Source: Veleropilina oligotropha (Eukaryota). From it: DNA of 64,000 nt. A program made the translations under genes and the position numbers. Position 1 is the stretch's first letter. Each line of letters begins with the position of its first letter. The stretch lies in contig JBEUKZ010000054.1 of the NCBI GenBank assembly GCA_048128005.1, forward strand, positions 434,001-498,000. Direction: 5' to 3'. Positions 26,501 through 38,500 of the stretch are shown piece after piece. Under the pieces are notes generated by a model that saw nothing but the letters and a program-made list of their open reading frames with translations, was not told the origin of the DNA and ran no database searches.

Positions 26501-29500
26501 CACTGTGTCTGAGCGGCCGACGTTGGGATCTACAGAGCAATGATATCACTGTGTCTGAGCGGCCTACGTTGGCATCTACAGAGCAATGATATCACTGTGT
26601 CGGAGCGGCCTACGTTTGGATCTACAGAGCAATGATATCACTGTGTCTGAGCGGCCTACGTTGGCATCTACAGAGCAATGATATCACTGTGTCTGAGCGG
26701 CCTACGTTTGGATCTACAGAGCAATGATATCACTGTGTCTGAGCGGCCTACGTTGGCATCTACAGAGCAATGATATCACTGTGTCGGAGCGGCCTACGTT
26801 TGGATCTACAGAGCAATGATATCACTGTGTCTGAGCGGCCTACGTTGGCATCTACAGAGCAATGGTATCACTGTGTCGGAGCGGCCTACGTTTGGATCTA
26901 CAGAGCAATGATATCACTGTGTCTGAGCGGCCTACGTTTGGATCTACAGAGCAATGATATCACTGTGTCTGAGCGGCCTACGTTTGGATCTACAGAGCAA
27001 TGATATCACTGTGTCTGAGCGGCCTACGTTTGGATCTACAGAGCAATGATATCACTGTGTCTGAGCAGCCTACGTTGGGATCTACAGAGCAATGATATCA
27101 CTGTGTCTGAGCGGCCTACGTTGGGATCTACAGAGCCATGATATCACTGTGTTTCACACTGCATGACCACTCAAACACTGAGTACTGTCAGAGTAGATGA
27201 ACTATTTCTAAATATCACATTAATTTTGTTTATTTCACAGTTCAAAGGAGATGTGGTTGAATCCAGGTATATTTGAATCCAGGTATCATTGTTTATATCC
27301 ATGCAAAATGACTAGCCTAATTGCATCACACATTCTGCATTGGTTTGGTTTCCAGTTTACTGTCTACCATTAGAGGAGGGAGGAAGGAATGATGCTTAAT
27401 GTCCTGTATATTTACAACATCAAGGTTCAAGGCAGGACATGTCCGTGTTATCGCGGGAGGAAACCCCGGTCGTTTCAGTTATAAACTAGACAAGAGCCCG
27501 TTAGAAAACGGATTCATCCCCCGCCTTCCGCAATCACTCTGATATAAACTTTAACCAACATTTCTAGTTTCTTCAGTATTTAAACAAAATAATATTCAAT
27601 GTCATTGCTAGTCTAAGAGTAAAAGGTGGTATCAATATAAGTATAAGAATATGTATGCAATAATGGCACAGAACGTAAATTCACTCAACTTTACCAAAAA
27701 TGTCCACAAACACTAATTTCACAAGTTATTTATATTATAAATCAATTGCAGATGCGGGAGCAGCATCAATATAGTCAACAATCAAGTATATGGATGTAAA
27801 ACAGTGCCTAGAACAACCCATATGCCCATTGAAAAATTTAAACAAAACTTTAACCAAAATTGCTATGTCCACAAACACTTATTTTTATGCAATAATTATA
27901 TTAAATTTAATTCAGCATCACTTCCATAGTATACGTATCAGTTGACATTCATATTATCAATACCAAAGCATATATACACCAAAATGTTGTTTCAACAACC
28001 CATATACACTCAATGAAAAACTTTAACCAGAAACTTTAACCAAAATTTCTATGTCCACAAACACCTATTTTTATGTAATAATTATATTAAATTTAATTCA
28101 GCATCACTTCCATAGTATCAGTTGACATTCATATTATCAATACCAAAGCATATATTCACCAATATGTTGTTTCAACAACCCATATACACTCAATGAAAAA
28201 CTTTATTAACCAAAAACACCTACATTTATGCAATAATTATATTAAATTTTATTCAATCCCACTTCCAGAGTACCAGGTGTTATCCATATATATAACGCAT
28301 ACAAAAGCATATATAATTATATATATATGCCAAAAAGTATCATGGGCAAGCTACACACACTCAATTCGAAACTTTAACCAAATTGTTTACGGACGGACGG
28401 ATGCCGGACAGACGGACATGGCAACAATAATATCCCCCACTACCCTTCGGGCGGGGGATAAAAAACTATGTTCCCCGGAACATGGGTATGCCCCGGCAAC
28501 ATCAATATATTAACTAATAAAGTATGTGTATACAAAAAGCGTCTTTCTAACCCATATGAACTCCTTGAAAACATTTTAACCAAAAACTTTAACAAAGTTT
28601 CTATGTCTAAAAACACCAATTTTATGCAATAATTAAATTAAATTTTAGTCACTATCACTGCCATGTGACATCAATATAATAATACCAAAGCATATAAATA
28701 TATTCCGAATATAGAGCCTTCCGCAGCCCATACACATAAGCAGGAAAACTTTAACCAGAATTTCTATGTTAAAAAACACAAATTTATTTGCAATTATTAG
28801 AATGAATTCAATTTTATTAAATATCACTACCAGAGTCCCAGGTACCATCATATAATCAATACCAAAGCATACATATGCCGAAAAGACCCTTAATAAAAAC
28901 TTTAACTGAAAATTCTAATAGGAATTTCTATGTTAAAAATCACCAATTTATTTGCAATAATTAACTCAATTGTATCAAAAATCACTGCTAGAATCTCAAG
29001 TAACATTCATATAATCAATACCAAAGCATATAATATATGCCGAAGAGTCCCTTAAGCGCTCAATGAAAAACTTCAACCGTAAATTCTAATCAGAATTTAT
29101 ATGTAAAAAACACCAATTTATTTGCATAAATTAAATTAAATTTTATTCAATATTACTGCCAGACTATCAGGTAACATCTCTATAATCAATACCAAAGCAT
29201 ATATATGCCCAAAAGTTCCTTGAGCAAGCCTTATACACTCAATAAAAGACTTGAACGGAAAATTCTAGTAAGAATTTCTATGTTAAAAAACACCAATTTA
29301 TTTGCATAAATTAAATTTTATTCAATATCACTGCCAGAGTATCAGGTAACATCCATATAATCAATATCATATCATATATATGCCAAAAAAGAAGGTTTTT
29401 AAGTAAACCTAGTATTAGTTAGAATATACTTACGTCATTACCAATGCCATAATAGCCATATTATCGCTAAACCGGAAACTGTGAAATGCGTTTTCACTTT

Positions 29501-32500
29501 CTCTTAAATCTTACACACGCTTACCTCCCCTGCTCACCCTCTATGTTCCTCTCCCGAGACCTGCCCAAGTCTCGCGAGACCTCAGAGACCAAGATAGAGC
29601 CTGATATCAATTTTAAGTCAGAGGAATCTACAGTGCGTAGAGGAACTTAGCAAGAGGGGTTGGAAGGGAATGTAATGAGCAGGGTGGGTAGACGTGTAAT
29701 GACGTAAGTATATTCTAACTAATACTAGGTTTACTTAAAAACCTTCTTATTAGTAGCAATATATTCTACGTCATTACCAATGCCAGAATAATCTTGGACG
29801 GTGGGCTAAGTTCTAAAGAAATTAATACCCAAACAAGTTACTTACTTGTCACCATGGAGTCAGCTTGTAGTGCCGAATCGCATCCGCTCAGGATGGAATG
29901 ACTGAGTATTATAATTCTACCCTTACCTCCGACTGAATTTTGACCAATGAACCTGGGAAAAAACGCCAGAAGTGTTAGTCGGACAAGGTGACGCGAAAGT
30001 GCAATCAGCCCCAGGCAAGGCCGGAGGATAAATCCTGTAGGACTTAGATGTCATGGACCGAAGCAGCTTTTAGTAAACCCTGGGCGTCGAGGCCGGTAAC
30101 CAAAAGATGCAGTCAACTTGCGACAAACATACAGCACCTGAAAAGGTTGTGAATGTAACTAGTTATGCAATTATTAATAGATGTAAGTAATATATACACG
30201 TATATATTATATTCCATATTAATAACAAATTCGCTTGACCAAATAGCGAAATGCAAACATGTCCCCATGTTACTTAAAGAAAATTGAAAGACTGAATGAT
30301 ATTAAATTTTTCAATGTCGCAACACCGTAAGCTCATAACAGCAAATGAACTTCAATAATATCAAAATCTAAAAAACATTTTAAGATTTAGCATTATAAAT
30401 GTTTAAATTCAATGTGAGTTGGCATGTGTCATGTGAACTCAGATATGACAATTTATTCTCAGTCGATAAATAGAATTTTTGGAACTGCAGACATCACACT
30501 GAAATCAACACTAATTGTTAGCAAAGCTTCACAATAGAGTTGCACATAATGCGGAGTGAACCGTATAATTACCAATTAAGTATTTACAATACCTGTCACT
30601 GTCTATTTGACCTAGATGTCCTGGTAATGCAGTGTTGTGCAGCAACACATTGAACACTGGACAGACCATCCGCACCAGTCGAGAAATCGCGTAAATAATG
30701 CTTTACAAACACATTCAGGTTTCTCCAATACCCTGCCTGTAGCAGGGAGGTGATATTTAGACAATGTCTAAATGCCAGACTCGTCGATATCGCTCTCGTT
30801 TCATGGGCACGGACAGCAATCAGGTTGCGGTCAGCTTCGTTGGAACTGGAGTATATCTGTTGAACCGTTCGACAAATCCATCTCGAGATAGTATTCTTAG
30901 ATACATCGCGGGTGAAATTGGGCAAATACGAAATAAACAAGCGTTTTTTGCCTCGTCGAAAATCACGTGTACGGTCCAGATAATATCGAAGCGCGCGCAC
31001 TGGGCAGTTAAGGCGGTCGATATCGTTTCTACCGACAATATAAAGCGTTGGTATCACGACCTCCGGAGCAATATCGCCTGGCCGCTGGTTTTTTGCAATA
31101 AATCCCAATATAGGACGTAAAATGACCGATCCGTCAGGCTGGAACCTAATATCCCGGAGCTCTGCGGAGAAGCTGTGTATCTCACAAGCCCTTTTGCCCG
31201 ACGCAAACGCAATTAGAAATACGGTTTTGTAGGTAAGGTTACGTATGGAAGCACTACGTAACGGCTCAAACGGGCCTTCCAGCAGAGCGTTAAGGATAAG
31301 AATAATATTCCAAGCAGGCGGCCGCGCCATGCAAATCGGTCTTTCGAGTTCGTAGGACCTTATGAAATCAGAAATAGTACGGTCCGACGATAAGTCAATT
31401 CGGGAACGACATTGCTTGAGCGTAGTCGAGATCGAGGCCCGATAACCTTTGACGGCCGAGACCGACAGTCCTCGTTCGAATAACGACGTGATAAACTCGA
31501 TAAATTTGTTCACAGGGGGACGGAGAATATTGACTTCCCGCCTGTGACACCAATCCACATATTTTGACCATCGGTAGTCATAGACTTTAGATGTAGATTG
31601 TCTTCGCGATCGGTAAATACGGAGGGCTGTTGTGCGAGAAAATCATTTCTCAACAAGCGATCGTTCGATAACCGCCATGCGTGTAAACGAAGTTCGTTCG
31701 ACGATGGGTGTAACACCCGTGAGCGCGGTTGCATTAGCAGGTCCGGCCTCTGCGGTAGCGCAAGCGGAAGATCGACGATGAGATCGAGAAGAGTCGGGAA
31801 CCAAGACTGCGTGCGATTTAGAGGCGCTATTAGCGTTATCTCGCAGCGATCTCGCGATGCCTTCTGTAGTACAAGTCGTAGTATGCACGACGGGGGAAAG
31901 GCATAAGCGATCAGATTCTCCCATGTCATTGACAGCGCGTCGACCGCTAGGGCGGCCGGGTCCGGATACGGGGAGACATACAGAGGGAGTCGGTGATTGA
32001 ACTCTGTTGCAAACAGATCGACTTGGGGTTGTGACCACCGGCGACAAATTTCCCGCGCTACCTGGCTGTGTAGCGTCCACTCTGTGTGTATTATCTGCGA
32101 TTTCCGAGAGAGCGAGTCCGCTCGGACATTCAATTTTCCCGGGATGTGTCGTGCTCGTATCGTCGAGTTGAGGGACATCACTAGGCGGTGTAGGTCGATA
32201 GCCCGGTCGCACAGGGGACGCGAGCTAGTGCCGCCCTGGTGTTGAACGTATGCAACGACAGTCGTGTTGTCCGTGGCGAGCAATATTTGCTTGTTGCGGA
32301 GATGTGACGAGAGGGACCGTACTGTCAGGTAGACCGCTTCTAGCTCTAGGTAGTTTATGTGTCGTCCCTGCATGTCCGTCGGCCATAGGCCTGATGTCTC
32401 GTAACTGTCGAGGTGACCACCCCAGCCCTCGTTCGAAGCATCCGTGTATAGGAAGGCGTTCGGCTCTGCCGGGGAAATGGGAACCGACTGGCTCGGCAAT

Positions 32501-35500
32501 GCAGGGTTCAGCCACACTGCTGTCGAGTGATTGAACCAATGCCGAAGATCTATACGATCCGTCCACTGTCCCGTCCGTTGCACCCAGCGGTCCCTGAAGG
32601 CCTGCTGTAACGGTCGTTTGTCCATTCGTCCTGTCGGTATAAGGGGCGCTACCGACTCGATGTGCCCAAGGACAGTGGCCAGTTGTCGCGCCGTGGCTAT
32701 CCCCGATGACCTCGTGTCCTGGATAACTGCGCGTAGGTTCTCGATACGTTTCTCGGTCGGCTTTGCGGTGTACCGGACCGTGTCGAAGACGACTCCGAGA
32801 AACGTAAACGTCGTCGAGGGCACGAAGCAGGATTTTGTCTCGTTGATCTGAAATCCGAGTCGCTTCGCCGATGACAGGGTAAAGATCGTAGACTGGAGGC
32901 ACCGATCCCGGGACGCCCCGAGGATCAGCCAGTCGTCGAGGTACATATGAACCCTGTGCCCTAGAGAATGTAGGAAGGTCCCCAGGGCCTGTACTGTTCT
33001 CGTGAAGACGTAGGGGGCTGACGATAGACCGAACGGTAGACACCTGAATTGGTAGATCGTCTCCCCATGTATAAACCTGAGGTACTGATGAGCCGAGACA
33101 TGCATCGGAACGTGTAAGTACGCATCTGTCAGGTCGATAGACGCTGCCCAGTCGCCCGGACGGATGGCCGCTCGTATCTTCGAGAGTGTTTCTTGCTGGA
33201 ACTTCTCGGTACGCAAATAGCGGTTGAGGTGCGAGAGATCGAGGATCGGTCTCCAGCGGCCATCGGGTTTTGGGACCAGGAAGAAATGGCTGTAAAATCC
33301 TGGTGTGCTGGGCGGCGCAGGATAGATGGCTCCTTTCAGGAGTAAGTCCCGCACTGCCTGGTCTAAGACCGCTTGCTTCTCTCCGTGAAGGAGGCGAGCG
33401 TGTCTTGGTGGTGGTGTCACGGTTAGGGTTGGATGCCGGTTGAACGCCAACTTGTATCCAGCACTCACGACTGAGTGGACCCAGCTGCTGTCTGTCAGTT
33501 CCAGCCACGTCTGGCTGTAGCTTAACAGACACGCTCCCACCGGCGGAAGCGCGCAGCTGTGTTCGTCGCGAGTGCCGGCAACCCTAGGGCCGCGACGGCT
33601 TCCCTCTCCCGCTCTGACGGGATTTTGTTGGAGGGTCCTTCTTCTCGTTGGATTTCCGGGCCGGAGGCCCACCCCGAGAAGGTCTGACACGCTTGGAAGG
33701 TTTTGAACCCCGAGACGGGGCCGAGCGCTTCCTTGAGGGGGCAGGAGGAGTACCCCGAGGGGTAGTCAACACTGCGCGCTCAATCGCGCAATCCTTCAGC
33801 TCGACGGCTCTCTTGTCGACGAATTCAGTGAACTCGCCTCCGAAGAGAGTCGGGGCCGACAAGGGCACACATCGCAGAGAACGCCGGGTGGCGTCGTCTA
33901 ACGATGTGCCCTCGAGGCAGGCGTCCCTACGAAGTAGGAGCGCGTTGCCTAGGACACGCGCGGACTCCAACGCGTTGTTCTCCGTGGCGGCAGCAACCTC
34001 GTGGAGGAAAGACAGGGCGGTCTCGCGAGCGCCGGATCCGTCCTCCTGTAGAACGGCTATCGCACCGTCCAGGAACGAGTCCTGTACAGAAGACAGCCGC
34101 AGAGCTCGTCGGGCAGAGCTCTCAAAGACATCCATGGCGGCCCATGGTACCTTCGCTACCGAGGGAGCTTGGCTGGCGGACAGACGACGCATCGCTACGT
34201 CAATCTGTGCTGGCTCAGCCACCAGGCACGGCTCAGAAAGGGCGATCGGTAAAGATCACTTACTGGGCCGGAGGTATCTTCCTCTACGGTGGCCCCGAGG
34301 GAACTCCGTGAGAGAAGACGTCTCCACTGTCTTGCCTCCCTGAATGGCACGGGTGGTCTGATCCAGGACCAGATCCACCAAGCCAGACTGGGGGAGTACG
34401 GGAAGCTGGGGAGCCTCAGACTCAGGAAAACGGTGTGCTGCCGTCCTGTGTTTGACCGTACCTACCGGCCGGGCCGGGTCGATCTAACACCCCGCGAAGC
34501 GATGCGACTGCGTCGTATCTTCGGCGGGTGGCGGAGATCGGCGCCTGCAAGCCTGATTGACTACGAGAGTCATCGGGACCGACCGATTCAAGAAGATCGG
34601 AGCGATCGGAGGGGACGTCCTCGTCGGAACGAGGGTCGACCTCCATCACCGAGGCAGGAGCCGTGCTCTGCGCCACGAGCAGAGGAGCAGGGACCTGGGG
34701 CGGCTGAACAGCCGGAAGCCAAGCCCTACTGCGGGCCTCGAATTCCGCCGCAATCATCGCCTGGACACTCTCCAGAGAGAGACCGACAGGCAAGACGGGC
34801 GTCGATCCAACAGCCAGTGGATCGCTCGAGGACATCGTGGCACATGGTAGACGGGCTGCTGGGCCAGGTTGATTCGAGAACCAGGGTCTCGCATCGCCTG
34901 ACGAGCGGTTACTACCGGAGAACTGGCCAAAAGGCGGGTTAACCGGAGCTCGACTTCCGAAAGACTGCGGCCACAGTCCCGTGGAGGTCGCCGCTCTGTT
35001 CGGTGGGTAGACGGGGGAAGATCCCGCGTACATGCCCATCCCGAACGCAGCCGGTCCGTCCGCGCCAACTAGTCTGAACCCAAGGGGGACAGGGGAGTTG
35101 ACGGGCCCTCTGACAAGACTGGGAGCTCCGAGGTGTAAGGACGAACCCTGGGGAGGGTCGGTCGCACCATCGGCCAGTGAGTCGGGTTGCGTTGGTGGTC
35201 CGGATCTTAAACCACTTTGGTGGTGTCCGGCAACTATTCCAACTTTCTCTGCCGTCAGCTGTATGCCGCTCGACATATAGCTTCTTGCAGAAGGACTAGC
35301 CGTCCCCTGCTCTTCAGAGGCCAGAAGAGAGGAAGGGGACTACCTGCCCTGCTCAGCCGTTCGCTGTAAGGTCCGATGTACCTTGCTAGCCGACAAGGTA
35401 CTGTTGGACGCAGCTACTTGGCCCGGGGTTCGAGGAGAAACTGACTGCACTCGGGCTCCTCTTACCTGATCTTGAACCTGGGACGCCGGCGAGGTTCCCA

Positions 35501-38500
35501 CGGTTTTCCCCAAAACCGTAGCGGTTTCGTCGTCGGGTCCTGCGACATGCGATGCCCCAGTTCGCTGGTCGCTTCGCGTCCCTGAAACAGACGAATCAGA
35601 TATTAAACCTGACTTACCCGTCGTCTGTTCCTCCGGGGGAAGCCCAACAGAGACGGACTACCTGGTAGTCCTTTTTTCGGTTGGGTAGATGAGTGCCCAC
35701 TGCCTATCCGTTAAAGTAAGACACTTAGAACAAGGGTATTTCACACTACAGTTACGATGTATGCGACATACCGTATGTTTATCGAAGCTGTGTATCTTTT
35801 GGTTACTCTCAGGGTCACTGCAAAGAACCATGGCTCATCACACGGGTAGGATAGGTAGTAGGAAACCGGGAACTTTAAGGGATATCCGGGTAGTACGCTT
35901 CACATGCTATTTAACTACAACACCTTTATAGGGGTCTCTAATCCGAAGTATAAGGATAAGACCGGATATCAACCTGTAACTTGTTATTAATTACGCTTCG
36001 GGTTGCTCGGCAACCCAAGGTACAGACAAGTATCCCGACTAGAATTGACACCAAGTCTGACGTATAAGCTTTATTAAAACGGCTTGTCGGAAACTAACAA
36101 ATTGAATGCAGGAGGCTATATATAGATAGAGGAGGCTATATATAGATAACAGCCGCCTTAAAACACCTGAAAACCTCGTGGATGTTGATTTCAATAGGTT
36201 AGAGCTTTGGCGAAATATCCCAGATTCGGCAGATAGGCTAAATAACGCACGTTAATACCTAAATATCTGCCTTGTTAGCGACGCTAAATTCGATTGAACA
36301 AAGTTACTAAGAATTTAAGCAAGATACGCCGCTAAGGAATTATCTAATATATATATGAATTACACAGTAATATCAAGCAATATTAGATCAAAACACTTCT
36401 TCCTTTGAAAGGTTCGGCTACACGAAACTTTCCCGCTTGAAGAACTTTTCCTCCCTGAGCGGCCCTCTTTAGATCACTTTGTATATCCAAGATGGCAGCC
36501 GAAAAACTCGTGGCCAGAATCACCTAACTTTATTTGATAATTCGGCTTTGAATACTTCTAATCACAGTTACTTATGCTTCCCAGATTATAAATATTTATA
36601 ATCGGCACAATATTGTGCGAAAGAAACTCTTTAAAGTAACTTTTATATCGTCTATTTTTCTTAGACACTCAAGCACGTCCGGACTGATTGACGGATGACT
36701 TAAAATTGATATCAGGCTCTATCTTGGTCTCTGAGGTCTCGCGAGACTTGGGCAGATCTCGGGAGAGGAACATAGAGGGGTGAGCAGGGGAGGTAAGCGT
36801 GTGTAAGATTTAAGAGAAAGTGAAAACGCATTTCACAGTTTCCGGTTTAGCGATAATATGGCTATTATGGCATTGGTAATGACGTAGAGTATATTGCTAC
36901 TAATAGTCCCTTGAGCAAGTCATATACACTCAATAAAAAACTTTAACCAAAAACTTTAACCAGAAATTTACCAGAATTTCTATGTTCAAAAACACCAATT
37001 AGGTGAATTTGTGCGATGTGCAATGGAGGCAGTGAGTCCTCGGCACTCCCGGGGCTTGAACCATGACCTCCCGTTAGTAGACCAGTACCGTATCCACTCG
37101 TCCATGCCGTCCCTGTCGACACGCTAGAATCTTCAATAAGTTAAAATATTTATCAATCATAAATAGTTGCTTTTAAATCAGATTTATAAAGTGTGATAAA
37201 AACATTGGTAATATGACATGAAACCATTGTTGTGACGTCATTCTATCGTCTTGGCCTATGGTTTAAACCATATTAAAATATTGTCAGTTAGGGACTACTT
37301 TCTTACATTAACTAGAAAAAATATGTTCCCCGGAACATCGGTATGCCCCGGGGAGGTCTCGTTGTGCATAATTTCCTTGAAAAAGATAATGAGTTCAAAC
37401 ACGTAATTTTCCAATACCGCGAGGTTTGATTGTCTAATCGAAAAACCCCGCAGTTACACCACAAGGTGCTTGCGCAGAGATGTTTAAATGTGAGAGCTTC
37501 TCAAATTAGACACCAAAAACCAAGTGATATAACAGATTTAAACTATTGCAAAATGTAAACTAATTTACAACAAGTGCTATCGATATAGCGGTATCCCCCG
37601 CAGTAAAGCATTTTGTCAATATATGCAAGAAATAGATTTAGTACAATGTTTTGATGGTATGGATATTTTTGATCGAAATTGATCATTAATCCCTAGATCT
37701 ATCAACCAGCATATACATGTATAAAATATATCTTGAGCAGCACACATGCATTAATTGAATAACTTTGTCCAAACTTGCAAATGTAACACATTATTTGTGT
37801 AAAATTAATCAAAATTTCTATGTCCAAATACACAAATTTAACAGTTTTGTGTTAAAATGAATGCAACATCACTGCCAGAGCAGCGTGTAGCAGCACAATG
37901 TTAAACCATATGCACTCATTGAAAAAATTTTAGCCAGAAACTTTAAATAAAATTTCACAGAATATTTAAATTAAATTATAATCAATATAACTGTAACAAT
38001 AGCAGGCAACAACTACGAAGCATACACCAATGCATATGCTTGCAACAACATGTCTTGATCAATAAATATGCAGTAATTGAATAACTTAAACCGAAAATGT
38101 TCACTACCAAAGTATATGCATTAAAAAAGTGCTTTATTAAAGCTATATGCAATAATCGAAAAACGTTAACCTAAAACTTTTAACTAAAATTTGTATATAA
38201 AAACATCAATTTCATAAATTATTCATATTAAATTTTGTTCAATATCACTGCCAGGCTAGCAGCTAACATCAATATGGCCGGCAACAAAGCATAAGTGTGC
38301 AAACAAGTGCAATGATCATTGTATAAGCACTCTTTGAAAAACTTTAACCGAAACATTTTCACTAAATTTCTATGTCCCAAAACACCAATTTCATGCATTA
38401 TTTATATAAAATTATAATGTAAATCATTGCCAAAGTATCAGGTCACATCCATATAACCATTACTAAAGCTTGTATATGCCGAAATGTTCCTTGAGCAATC

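Larger units (their letters stand above)
29390..36905 (-). mobile_element. DIRS1-group tyrosine-recombinase retrotransposon, full length, near-intact (family A)
   Basis: Inverted terminal repeats at about 29431-29620 and 36696-36886. Internal complementary region at about 29696-29785 is complementary to both termini. Gag, RT/RNase H/MT and YR ORFs present. No TSD; the flanks rejoin into the host repeat (tgccaaaaa|gtcccttgagcaag). Confidence 0.95.

Noticed and set aside
25492..27152. CRISPR-like array
   Set aside because: Units are contiguous with no unique spacers; eukaryotic intron, no cas genes. The same applies to the other arrays.
33648..34942. Plus-strand 217-231 aa ORFs inside the DIRS
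   Set aside because: Antisense shadows of GC-rich gag sequence with no recognisable motifs
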